A stretch of DNA of 40,525 nt from the NCBI GenBank assembly GCA_032111385.1, contig JAULUX010000112.1, positions 1 through 40,525 of the forward strand, read 5' to 3'. The number at the start of each line of letters is the position of its first letter. Position 1 is the stretch's first letter. The stretch is from Bacteroidia bacterium. GTDB lineage: Bacteria; Bacteroidota; Bacteroidia; AKYH767-A; OLB10. The notes beneath the pieces were generated by a model. The model saw only the letters and a program-made list of their open reading frames with translations. It was not told where the DNA came from and made no database searches. Of this stretch, positions 1 to 8,355 are shown one piece after another. Position numbers and translations under genes: made by a program.

Positions 1-686
1 AGATCATCGACGGTCACATGGTACATCTGCCCTTCCTTGTCCGGCAACTGCCCGGTTCCAAAACCGGAATCGGCATTGATCAGAATGGGAGGTTGCACTT
101 CCTGATAACCGGCATCCGCCGCCCGGTCGAGGAAGAAATTGATGAGCGCGCGTTGTAGCTTTGCGCCCTGCCCCTTGTAAACCGGGAATCCTGCACCGGT
201 GATCTTGTTGCCCAGTTCGAAATCGATGATGTCGTATTTGGCGGCAAGCTCCCAATGGGGCAAAGCATCGGCAGGCAATTGAGGGGTGTGACTTTCATCT
301 AAAAAAACGACCTCGTTGTCTTCCGCGGTTTTTCCGGGAGGTACCGCCGGTGAAGGCAGATTGGGCATCCGTAGAAGAATTTCCTGAACCCGTTCCTCAA
401 GCTCGGCTTGTTTCAGCTCAAGCGATCTGGTCGAGTCTTTGATGGCCGCACTGCGGTTCTTCAGATCATCCGCCTCGGCTTTTTTGCCGGCCTTGAACAG
501 GTCCCCGATCTGTTTGGCCAGCGCGTTTTGCTCTGCGAGCAGGGTTTCCAGCTCGGTCTGAACCTTGCGCTTTTCAGCGTCCGTTTCGACCAATTCGTTC
601 ACAACAGCCTCGCCATCAAAGTTCTTGACGGACAACCTGCTGATCACTTCGTTTTTGTGCTCTCGGATATAAGCTAATTGAATCAT
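1..686 (-). CDS. serS: Seryl-tRNA synthetase, N-terminal ~228 codons (3' end lies beyond the left window edge)
   Basis: Absent from the ORF track because no stop falls in the window. My minus-strand translation from the ATG at 686-684 is open to position 1. It reads MIQLAYIREHKNEVISRLSVKNFDGEAVVNELVETDAEKRKVQTELETLLAEQNALAKQIGDLFKAGKKAEADDL...LPHWELAAKYDIIDFELGNKITGAGFPVYKGQGAKLQRALINFFLDRAADAGYQEVQPPILIN...GTGQLPDKEGQMYHV. This is the coiled-coil tRNA-binding arm plus the start of the class II core typical of SerS. Confidence 0.9.
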   Translation of the reverse strand, partial: MIQLAYIREHKNEVISRLSVKNFDGEAVVNELVETDAEKRKVQTELETLLAEQNALAKQIGDLFKAGKKAEADDLKNRSAAIKDSTRSLELKQAELEERVQEILLRMPNLPSPAVPPGKTAEDNEVVFLDESHTPQLPADALPHWELAAKYDIIDFELGNKITGAGFPVYKGQGAKLQRALINFFLDRAADAGYQEVQPPILINADSGFGTGQLPDKEGQMYHVTVDD

Positions 687-703
687 ACCGGTTTGATTGG
701 GAA

Positions 704-711
704 CAAAGGTA
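704..711 (-). promoter_or_regulatory. Putative Bacteroidota -7 promoter box TACCTTTG for serS
   Basis: The minus strand reads TACCTTTG, matching the Bacteroidetes sigma-A -7 consensus TAnnTTTG. It lies 18 nt upstream of the serS ATG. The same octamer at the same spacing precedes the lemA-like gene. Evidence is motif plus position only. Confidence 0.4.
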
Positions 712-759
712 GCCCATTTCGCACCCTTCCCTTATCCGCCATCTCCTATTTTTACACCG

Positions 760-1542
760 ATGCACGAACACCTGCAACAAGCATTGAACGTCCTGAAAGA
801 GCACGTGATGGAAGGCACTTCCATCGGACTTATCATGGGCACCGGGCTACACCGACTGGCCTCGATGATCGATGTTCAACGGGAAATCCCCTACGCAGAA
901 ATACCCCATTTTCCACTCAGCACGGTCGAGAGTCATCCCGGCAGGCTGTTGTTTGGAAAAGTCGGAAACAGGAGCGTGATTGCCATGCAAGGGCGTTTTC
1001 ACCGATACGAGGGTTACACCACTGAGCAGATTTGTTTTCCCATCGAATTGATGAGTGCTTTGGGCGTCGAAACACTTCTGATCTCCAATGCGGCAGGCTC
1101 CCTTAACCCCTCCTTCAAAAAGGGGGAATTGATGGTCATCGACCGGGGCTTCAGTTGGCAAGACAGCCCATTTCTCGATGAGCAGCAAGGCAGTCTTCAC
1201 TTTGATGATGAGTTGGCAGAAGGACTGCTGAAAATCGCTTCAGAACAAGGAATCATAGTTCACCGTGGTAGCTATGTGGCCGTAACCGGTCCCATGCTCG
1301 AGACCAGGGCGGAATACCGCTACCTGATCAATCACGGCATGGACGCCGTTGGTATGAGCACCGTGCCGGAAGCTACAGCGGCGATAAGGCGCGGCATTCG
1401 CTGTCTGGCCGTTTCAGTACTGACAGACGAGTGCGACCCTGACAATCTCCATCCGGTGACCTTGGAAGAGATCATCGCCGTAGCCGGGAAGGCCGATGCC
1501 ACTCTGTCGGCACTCTTCAACCAACTCATCGCACGAACATGA
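760..1542 (+). CDS. punA: Purine nucleoside phosphorylase (trimeric PNP/MTAP family, inosine/guanosine type)
   Basis: ORF 697..1542. The track start at 697 is TTG and would crowd the divergent serS promoter, so I prefer the ATG at 760 (MHEHLQQALNVLKEH). Family motifs: EIPHFPLSTVESHPGRLLFGK, VIAMQGRFHRYEGY, LLISNAAGSLNP, VTGPMLETRAEYRYL, DAVGMSTVPE. Confidence 0.85.
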   Translation: MHEHLQQALNVLKEHVMEGTSIGLIMGTGLHRLASMIDVQREIPYAEIPHFPLSTVESHPGRLLFGKVGNRSVIAMQGRFHRYEGYTTEQICFPIELMSALGVETLLISNAAGSLNPSFKKGELMVIDRGFSWQDSPFLDEQQGSLHFDDELAEGLLKIASEQGIIVHRGSYVAVTGPMLETRAEYRYLINHGMDAVGMSTVPEATAAIRRGIRCLAVSVLTDECDPDNLHPVTLEEIIAVAGKADATLSALFNQLIART

Positions 1543-2048
1543 ACGACTACTTCCGTCAAGGCCATTTGTTGCTGTTCACAGGATTCCACGCTTCAGGAGA
1601 CTGCTTTAACGAGGACGATCGCTCATCATTGGATAAAATCGGACTACTTGTTGAGGAGATCGGAGCCAACTGCTCTGTGATACATATCCAAAACAGCAAT
1701 CCGAATCGGAGTTGGCCTGACGAATCCGGCCTGAATACGAGCCTGAGCCAAACCATTTCGGATGAATTTGCGATTGCATTCGAAGGTGGCGCCCGAAAGG
1801 TGGCGGGACTTTTCTGCTGTCCAACCCTACTGGGCAAACAGCAGCTGGAAGAAGCCTTTCTAAGCCTTCGTTTGATGGATTGCTGCATCGGCCCACGGCC
1901 CGACGGCGGCATTTACCTGTTGGGGATGAATCGCTATTACCCGCATCTTTTGGAGAGTAGAAATTGGGGAGACCCGCGACTTTGCAAAAACCTGATCCGC
2001 GACATCGGAAGCCAAAAACAAATCCTTTACAAGCTACCGGGGCTTTAG
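1539..2048 (+). CDS. DUF2064-like (nucleotidyl/glycosyl-transferase-like) protein, short and divergent
   Basis: Its ATG overlaps the punA stop (ATGA at 1539-1542). The C-terminal half, CCPTLLGKQQLEEAFLSLRLMDCCIGPRPDGGIYLLGMNRYYPHLLESRNWGDPRL, matches the DUF2064 pattern (GsDcP...A...L...GPa.DGGYyLlG...W). The N-terminal nucleotide-binding part is not recognisable. Confidence 0.55.
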   Translation: MNDYFRQGHLLLFTGFHASGDCFNEDDRSSLDKIGLLVEEIGANCSVIHIQNSNPNRSWPDESGLNTSLSQTISDEFAIAFEGGARKVAGLFCCPTLLGKQQLEEAFLSLRLMDCCIGPRPDGGIYLLGMNRYYPHLLESRNWGDPRLCKNLIRDIGSQKQILYKLPGL

Positions 2049-2105
2049 AACAACCTTCGAGACTGAAAAAACGGTTCCTTTGCAGTTCAAATCCCTCATG
2101 CGTTT

Positions 2106-3368
2106 ATGCTCGACTTGCTAAAGCGTTTCGAAGAACAGAAGCCGGAAATCGTATTTGAATGGAACGATGTGCACACGGGTGCACAGGGCTGGATCGTCAT
2201 CAACTCCCTTCGCGGAGGTGCGGCCGGTGGTGGAACACGGATGCGCAAAGGCCTCGACCGACGGGAAGTAGAGTCATTGGCCAAAACCATGGAAATCAAG
2301 TTTACCGTGGCCGGACCTGCCATCGGTGGCGCCAAATCGGGCATCAATTTCGACCCGACCGACCCCCGCAAGGCCGAGGTACTTGAACGCTGGTTCAAGG
2401 TGGCTTTGCCGATCCTCAAACACTACTATGGCACAGGTGGAGACTTGTTTGTGGACGAAATCCACGAGGTCATTCCCATAACAGCGGGAATGGGTCTTCT
2501 TCATCCACAAGAAGGCGTGGTGAACGGTCATTTTAAAAGTGAGGGGACTGACCGCGAAAGCCGGATCCGCAAGCTGCGAGAAGGTGTAAGCCTGGTAGTG
2601 GACGACCCTCGTTTCGTTCCCCACGGCACCATGTACCGCGTCGCCGATATGATCACCGGATACGGAGTGGCCGAGTCGGTGATTCATTACTACAAGCTTC
2701 AGGGAGAATCCGTTCAAGGAAAGAAAGTCCTGATCCAAGGCTGGGGCAATGTCGGAGCCGCCGCCGGATATTACCTCTCCCAGGCCGGCGCCCTGATTAC
2801 CGGCATTCAGGACAAAGCGGGGGGTATAATCAGGCACGGCGGATTCACACACGACGAGATTTGCAGATTGTTCATCTCCCGGACGATGAATCTTTTTGAA
2901 GGATTCGAACTCGATCCCGATGTCGATAAGAACTTCTGGCAGCAATCTGCCGACATCTTCATCCCTGCTGCCGCCTCACGCCTTGTTAAACAGGACCAGC
3001 TACAAAACCTGATCCGTTACGGACTCAAGGTGGTGGCGTGCGGAGCCAATGTACCATTTGCCGATCCGGAAATTTTCTATGGACCCATCGCCCAATACGC
3101 CGACAGACATCTGGCCGTCATTCCGGATTTCATTTCAAACTGCGGAATGGCACGTGTATTCGCTTATCTGATGAGTAATCCGGAGGGCACCGCTGCAGAG
3201 GACATTTTCAACGACGTAGCACAGACGATTCACGGAGCCCTCGACCTGTTGATGGAAGATGGTCTTAAAATTGCCAACATCACGGCTGTAGCCTATGAAC
3301 ATGCGCTGAAGCAACTGACTATTCGCGAAACAGATTCGGCCGAATCATTTTCCACCGCTGATTCATGA
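2106..3368 (+). CDS. Glu/Leu/Phe/Val-family amino-acid dehydrogenase
   Basis: 420 aa. N-terminal substrate domain: INSLRGGAAGGGTRMRKGLDRREVESLAKTMEIKFTVAGPAIGGAKSGINFDP, with the catalytic Lys in the GGAKSG-type motif. Rossmann motif: VLIQGWGNVGAAAGYYL. Confidence 0.85.
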   Translation: MLDLLKRFEEQKPEIVFEWNDVHTGAQGWIVINSLRGGAAGGGTRMRKGLDRREVESLAKTMEIKFTVAGPAIGGAKSGINFDPTDPRKAEVLERWFKVALPILKHYYGTGGDLFVDEIHEVIPITAGMGLLHPQEGVVNGHFKSEGTDRESRIRKLREGVSLVVDDPRFVPHGTMYRVADMITGYGVAESVIHYYKLQGESVQGKKVLIQGWGNVGAAAGYYLSQAGALITGIQDKAGGIIRHGGFTHDEICRLFISRTMNLFEGFELDPDVDKNFWQQSADIFIPAAASRLVKQDQLQNLIRYGLKVVACGANVPFADPEIFYGPIAQYADRHLAVIPDFISNCGMARVFAYLMSNPEGTAAEDIFNDVAQTIHGALDLLMEDGLKIANITAVAYEHALKQLTIRETDSAESFSTADS

Positions 3369-4465
3369 ATACCGATTGGCTGCAGGAAACAGTACTTGAT
3401 AATAGCTGGGAAAATATTCTCCGCTTTTCAGGCATTCTCCTTGCCGGTTTTGTATTGAAGCGCTTCGTTGCGAACCAGCTTTCGAATCTTTTATACAGCA
3501 TCATCCGGAAAAATGTAGAAGGGGTTCATGTAGCTGAACTGCGTAACCTTCTCAAGAAACCTTCCGGAATCCTGATCCTATTGGTCACGGTTTATGTAGC
3601 CGCCAAACAACTGCACTACCCGACCGAATGGAAGTTGCCCGACGAGAACACCTTCGGGCTGCGCATGTTTATCTGGAGGACTTTCCAGGTCTCGATTCAT
3701 GCCTCGGTCACCTGGATGGTGTTGCGCATCGTCGATTTTTTCGGTCTTGTACTCCTTACCCGAGCACAAAGAACCACCTCCACTGCCGACGACCAGCTCA
3801 TCCCCTTTGTCAAGGACTCATTGAAATTCATCGTCGCATTGTTCTCCATTTTCATTGCGCTGGGATCAATACTCGAGGTGAATGTAGCATCGCTGATTGC
3901 CGGACTCGGAATAGGTGGCATTGCGATCGCACTGGCAGCCAAAGACACCATTGAGAACCTTTTGGGCTCCTTCACCATTTTCCTTGACAAACCATTCGCC
4001 GTAGGTGACCAGGTCAGGGTCGGCACTTCAATGGGCAGAGTGGAACGCATCGGGTTTCGCAGTACACAGATCAGAACCCAGGAAAAAACGATCATCACCG
4101 TTCCAAACAAGAAAATGATCGACATGGAAGTGGAGAACATCAGCCTCCGTCAGATGATCCGTGCGGCTTATCCCATCACCATTCAGTACTCTACCGGTGC
4201 AAACGAAACGGAGATGCTTTGTTCCCATTTAAAGTCCTATCTCGCTACCCGTGAGGATGTATCCAAGGACCCCTCACCGGTTGTCAGAATCGAACGCCTG
4301 GGCGACTCAGGCATCGAACTTCATTGCCACTATTTCATACTCCATACAGATTACGAAGCGTTCGCGGCCAGCCGTGCAGAGGTCTTGCTGCACACTCTGA
4401 AAATCAGCCGGGAACTGGGAATTCAGCTGGAAACCAAACAGCAGGAAGGCTCCATCCGGAGATAA
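3365..4465 (+). CDS. Small-conductance mechanosensitive channel (MscS family)
   Basis: Its ATG overlaps the upstream stop (ATGA at 3365-3368). It has several N-terminal TM helices followed by the MscS core: GIGGIAIALAAKDTIENLLGSFTIFLDKPFAVGDQVRVGTSMGRVERIGFRSTQIRTQEKTIITVPNKKM. Confidence 0.85.
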   Translation: MNTDWLQETVLDNSWENILRFSGILLAGFVLKRFVANQLSNLLYSIIRKNVEGVHVAELRNLLKKPSGILILLVTVYVAAKQLHYPTEWKLPDENTFGLRMFIWRTFQVSIHASVTWMVLRIVDFFGLVLLTRAQRTTSTADDQLIPFVKDSLKFIVALFSIFIALGSILEVNVASLIAGLGIGGIAIALAAKDTIENLLGSFTIFLDKPFAVGDQVRVGTSMGRVERIGFRSTQIRTQEKTIITVPNKKMIDMEVENISLRQMIRAAYPITIQYSTGANETEMLCSHLKSYLATREDVSKDPSPVVRIERLGDSGIELHCHYFILHTDYEAFAASRAEVLLHTLKISRELGIQLETKQQEGSIRR

Positions 4466-4529
4466 TTACCGGGTTACACAAGACTTTGTTTTTTCGATTA
4501 CCTTTACTTAGGTATCAATACCCCGACCC

Positions 4530-6470
4530 ATGAATTATCAAGCTGCCGAACTGTTCGTTTTTGACTTTTTGAAGTCAAAGCTATCTCCACAGCTTCATTA
4601 TCACAATGCCGAACACACACGGGATGTAATGGAAGCGGCCATGCGTCTTTGTGAACTCGAAAAAGTTGATGAAGAGCAAACGATATTGATCAGGACGGCC
4701 GCCCTGATCCACGACACGGGCTTCGCAGAACAGTACAAGCGAAACGAACCGATCGGAGCGGCATTTGCGGAAAAATGGTTACCAGGATTCGGTTACAGTC
4801 CGGCACAGATCAAGGTGGTCACTGAGCTTATCCTTGCAACTGACATCACCAAGCAACCGGAGGGACTCTTGCAAAAGATCCTGCGTGATGCCGATCTGGA
4901 TTATATCGGCCGACACGATTTCTTCTCGATCTCGCAACGGCTCCGCGAAGAACTTTTCCAGCATGGGAAATCCATCAAGCTCGTTGAATGGCACCTGATT
5001 GAAAAGGACTTCCTCGAACGACATATCTATTATACCGATTCGGCCTACCGCTTACGCAACAAAGGGAAACACGAGAACCTGGAAGAGATCAAAGCACTCC
5101 TGCAGGAAGCCGGTGGACTTTTCAGCAAGACCAACACAAGGCATCCGGAAGCGCAGCCGTTACCTGACGAACGTCGAAACATCATCCATACGCTCGAAAA
5201 CACTTCCCTGTTCCAAAATGCCGAGCCGATCCTGCTCAAGCATGTGGCGATGGCGATTGAGCGCATCCACCTGAAAGCAGGAGAACCCCTTTTTCGAAAA
5301 GATGATCCGGGCGAGAGCATGTATATCATTGAAGAAGGCACCCTTCGCGTTCACGAAGGGCCCATCACCTTCGCTGAACTTGGTGTGTGTGAATACTTCG
5401 GCGAAGCGTCACTGATAGACAACTCGCCCCGTTCTGCATCAGTATCGGCCTCTACCGACGCCATCGTGCTTCGAATCGGAGAAAAGGACTTTTACAGCCT
5501 TTTGGTGACCTATCCTTCCATCAACAGGATGCTGATGAAGGAACTCATCAACCGTCTGCGTAATCAGAACAATGCAGTGGTCACCGAATTCAAAAACCGG
5601 GAGCAGAAACTGCAAGAGCTTGTGGAATTACGGACGCGTCAGATCGTTGAAGAGAAGAAAAAGGTTGAAAAGAAATCTCAGGAGCTTGAAGCCGCCTTGA
5701 ACGAATTGCAACAAGCCCAATACCTGCTCATTCACCAAGAGAAAATGGCTTCTTTGGGTCAGGTCACCAGCGGAATAGCACACGAATTGCTCAACCCCTT
5801 GAATTTCGTAAACAACTTCGCCAACCTCTCCAAGGAATTGTTGGAAGAAGTGAAGGAAGAGCTACTTGAAAAAGGACTGGACAATGCTACCATGAACGAC
5901 CTGAAAGACAACCTGGAGCGGATATCGCAACATGGTCTTCGGGCAGTGGATATTGTCAAAAGCATGGCTGAGCATGCTTCATCAGCGGGGAAAGACAAAC
6001 AAGATATCCAACTTCAATCCCTGATTGAAGACGCAGTGAATGTCACCAAACAAACATTGAGCAAATCCGGAGCGATGGATATTCGTTTTGAGCTACACGC
6101 AAACGACCCGACTACAAATGTGAACGCGGTATACGCCGACTTATTCAGGGTGATGATCAACCTGCTTCGCAATGCCGCCACTGCCATCCTGGACCGGAAG
6201 AAAACAGACGAGTCCTTCGAGGGCCTTGTACACATCAATACTTCAAAAATCGAAAAGGGGATTGCAATAGAAGTATCGGACAACGGAATTGGCATACCGG
6301 AAGAATCCCGTGAAAAAGTATTCCACCCGTTCTATACTACCCGACCCACAGGTCAGGGGGTTGGGCTCGGACTCAGCATCAGTCACCAGATTCTCGCCGC
6401 TTACGGAGGTCAACTTGAACTGCTGGACCGACCTGAAGAAACAGTATTCCGGGTGATGTTACCCAAGTGA
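4530..6470 (+). CDS. Soluble hybrid sensor: HD-domain + cyclic-nucleotide-binding domain + coiled coil + histidine kinase (HisKA/HATPase_c)
   Basis: 646 aa with no TM segments. HD: HYHNAEHTRDV...LIHDTGF...LRDADLDY. CAP-type cNMP domain: GEPLFRKDDPGESMYIIEEGTLRVHEG...FGEASLIDNSPRSASVSA. H-box: SGIAHELLNPLNF (His ~418). N box: LLRNAATA. G1: VSDNGIGIP. G2: GQGVGLGLS. Confidence 0.85.
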   Translation: MNYQAAELFVFDFLKSKLSPQLHYHNAEHTRDVMEAAMRLCELEKVDEEQTILIRTAALIHDTGFAEQYKRNEPIGAAFAEKWLPGFGYSPAQIKVVTELILATDITKQPEGLLQKILRDADLDYIGRHDFFSISQRLREELFQHGKSIKLVEWHLIEKDFLERHIYYTDSAYRLRNKGKHENLEEIKALLQEAGGLFSKTNTRHPEAQPLPDERRNIIHTLENTSLFQNAEPILLKHVAMAIERIHLKAGEPLFRKDDPGESMYIIEEGTLRVHEGPITFAELGVCEYFGEASLIDNSPRSASVSASTDAIVLRIGEKDFYSLLVTYPSINRMLMKELINRLRNQNNAVVTEFKNREQKLQELVELRTRQIVEEKKKVEKKSQELEAALNELQQAQYLLIHQEKMASLGQVTSGIAHELLNPLNFVNNFANLSKELLEEVKEELLEKGLDNATMNDLKDNLERISQHGLRAVDIVKSMAEHASSAGKDKQDIQLQSLIEDAVNVTKQTLSKSGAMDIRFELHANDPTTNVNAVYADLFRVMINLLRNAATAILDRKKTDESFEGLVHINTSKIEKGIAIEVSDNGIGIPEESREKVFHPFYTTRPTGQGVGLGLSISHQILAAYGGQLELLDRPEETVFRVMLPK

Positions 6471-6476
6471 TGGCAT

Positions 6477-7256
6477 CTACCATCGTCCACCTGCACCGCC
6501 TCCTCCAAAACTTCCACCACCGAAACCGCCGAAACCTCCTCCACCCCCGAAGCCGCCGCCACCAAATCCGCCGCCATAACTACGACGGCTATTTCGATTT
6601 GAAGCTGCATTGATGATACTCCACGCCACCCAAAAGGGAATGTTGTTGAGATGCGCATATCGCCTGACCGAAAAAACCTTTAATACGAGAAATAGGCCGA
6701 TGAAAAGAACGATCAGGACTATCGCCAACGGAGAGGGGGCATCGGCATTGTTACGACGTGAAGTTTTTTCAACGTATTCCCCGCCGATCGCATCCATGAT
6801 GGATTGAACCCCATTGCTGATCCCTCCATAAAAATCATTATTACGGAACCGGGGGATGATTTCATTTTCAATGATCCGTTTGCATAGCGCATCCGGCAAA
6901 GCACCTTCTACTCCGTAACCTGTGGCAATTTCAACTGCCCGGTCTTCCTTTGCGATCAGGAAAACCACACCGTTATTGTATTTGCTCTGCCCTACTCCCC
7001 ACGATTCACCAAGCTCATAGGCATATTGAGCAGGATCCATTCCTTCGGTAGTGGAAACGACAACCACCGTGATCTGGGTGGAAGTGGTGTCGTGATAACG
7101 AAGCAGGCTTTCTTCCAGACCATTTATTTGCTCCCCGGTAAGCGTACCGGTAAAATCATTGACGAGCCGGGGAGGATCAGGTACCGGCGGTATGCCCGCC
7201 GAGCTCCATCCTGTCAGCGACAATAACAAGAAGAAAAATGCCACAAACTTTCTCAT
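6477..7256 (-). CDS. TPM-domain (TLP18.3/Psb32/MOLO-1, YgcG-like) membrane protein with Gly-rich C-terminal tail
   Basis: Has a signal peptide (MRKFVAFFFLLLSLTGWSSA). TPM core: LVNDFTGTLTGEQINGLEESLLRYHDTTSTQITVVVV...NGVVFLIAKEDRAVEIATGYG. This is followed by a TM helix and the tail GGGFGGGGFGGGGGFGGFGGGSFGGGGAGG, encoded by low-complexity sequence at ~6480-6590. Confidence 0.8.
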   Translation of the reverse strand: MRKFVAFFFLLLSLTGWSSAGIPPVPDPPRLVNDFTGTLTGEQINGLEESLLRYHDTTSTQITVVVVSTTEGMDPAQYAYELGESWGVGQSKYNNGVVFLIAKEDRAVEIATGYGVEGALPDALCKRIIENEIIPRFRNNDFYGGISNGVQSIMDAIGGEYVEKTSRRNNADAPSPLAIVLIVLFIGLFLVLKVFSVRRYAHLNNIPFWVAWSIINAASNRNSRRSYGGGFGGGGFGGGGGFGGFGGGSFGGGGAGGRW

Positions 7257-7699
7257 GCATCTTCTCCTCCAAAGGTGATATCATTTGATAACTCGTCGGG
7301 ATTATGGGATGTCGCCGGAAAATGCACCGAGAGTCGCCTGCCGACTTCCGAAACCGCCCAGACCAATCCATCCACAATGCGGCCATCCTTGAATCGGTTG
7401 GCCATGCCTTGAACTGTCTCCTGCCAAAAATCAGCGGGCAGTCTTTCGTGAATTCCCGTGTCACCGTAAATCGCCAGCCGGTGATCCTGCATGGCAACGT
7501 AGATGAGTACACCATTACGCTCCGCAGTAACCGCCATATTCAGTTTTTGGAAAAGGAATGCCGCTTTCTCCAAAGGATCTTCTCCACAACGGTCGTCGAT
7601 GAACACACGAATCTCTCCCGATGTGTTGGTTTCGGCAACACGGACGGCCTCGCCGATCCGTTCGCGATCCTCCGTTGTAAAAAGTGCAGGAGCCTTCAT
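7253..7699 (-). CDS. TPM-domain protein (second, cytoplasmic-type copy)
   Basis: The track start at 7705 is TTG, so I prefer the ATG at 7699 (MKAPALFTTEDRERI...). Motifs: TSGEIRVFID and NGVLIYVAMQDHRLAIYGDTGI. Its stop overlaps the next gene's ATG by 4 nt (7253-7256). Confidence 0.7.
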   Translation of the reverse strand: MKAPALFTTEDRERIGEAVRVAETNTSGEIRVFIDDRCGEDPLEKAAFLFQKLNMAVTAERNGVLIYVAMQDHRLAIYGDTGIHERLPADFWQETVQGMANRFKDGRIVDGLVWAVSEVGRRLSVHFPATSHNPDELSNDITFGGEDA

Positions 7700-7705
7700 C
7701 AGCAA

Positions 7706-8296
7706 TCAGAATTCCACTTTCGGCGCCGTATTCGCACCTTCGGTAGCCTTGAAGAACGCCTTGGCCTGAAAACCGTACAATCCCGCTATCAGCACCTGTG
7801 GAAACTTGCGCAGATAGGAATTGTATTCCTGAACAATATCATTGAATTTCTGTCTTTCGACGGTAATCCGGTTTTCAGAGCCCTCCAGCTGAGCCTGCAG
7901 CTCAAGAAAGTTCTGATTCGCCTTCAGCTGAGGATATTGTTCTACGGAAACCAACAACCGACCAAGTGCGGAACTGAGTTGCCCTTGAGCCTGCTGGAAA
8001 CGGCCCAATTCTTCGGCAGTCAGATTTTTCGGGTCGAGCTTCACCTGGGTGGCACTGGCCCTGGCTTCAATAACAGCCGTAAGTGTGGATTTCTCGAACT
8101 CGGCGGCGCCCTTGACGGTGTTCACCAGATTCGGAATCAGGTCAAGACGCCGCTGATAGACGTTTTCAACCTGCGACCAGGCATTTTCAACGGCGACTTC
8201 GCGTTCGACCAGACCATTGTAAGTACCGACGAATAGGCGGTAGAAGAAGAACAGGACGACAAGAACGACCCCCAGAATGATAAGATTGCGTTTCAT
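7706..8296 (-). CDS. lemA: LemA family protein
   Basis: Has an N-terminal TM anchor followed by YNGLVEREVAVENAWSQVENVYQRRLDLIPNLVNTVKGAAEFEKSTLTAVIEARA...NFLELQAQLEGSENRITVERQKFN, a typical LemA sequence. Confidence 0.9.
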   Translation of the reverse strand: MKRNLIILGVVLVVLFFFYRLFVGTYNGLVEREVAVENAWSQVENVYQRRLDLIPNLVNTVKGAAEFEKSTLTAVIEARASATQVKLDPKNLTAEELGRFQQAQGQLSSALGRLLVSVEQYPQLKANQNFLELQAQLEGSENRITVERQKFNDIVQEYNSYLRKFPQVLIAGLYGFQAKAFFKATEGANTAPKVEF

Positions 8297-8313
8297 AGCA
8301 GATATGCTTTTTC

Positions 8314-8321
8314 CAAAGGTA
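8314..8321 (-). promoter_or_regulatory. Putative -7 promoter box TACCTTTG for the LemA-TPM-TPM operon
   Basis: The minus strand reads TACCTTTG (TAnnTTTG consensus), 18 nt upstream of the ATG at 8296, in the 59-nt gap after trmB. Confidence 0.4.
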
Positions 8322-8355
8322 CGGATTCATCAGTTGAAGCCAGCGGAGACCACGA

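Noticed and set aside
6480-6590. A low-complexity CCGCC/CCACC-rich stretch that looks like a short-period DNA repeat.
   Set aside because: It is the coding sequence of the Gly/Phe-rich C-terminal tail of the TPM (YgcG-like) protein on the minus strand, not an independent repeat element.
7304-8236. A 310-aa plus-strand ORF. Other long antisense ORFs are 2274-2945 (-), 18958-19491 (-), 36272-37138 (-) and 38700-39254 (+).
   Set aside because: Each lies entirely antisense to a gene with strong family motifs (LemA/TPM, amino-acid dehydrogenase, TPR protein, gyrB, VIT1). Each has a low-complexity, Arg/Ser/His-rich translation with no motifs. They are shadow ORFs.
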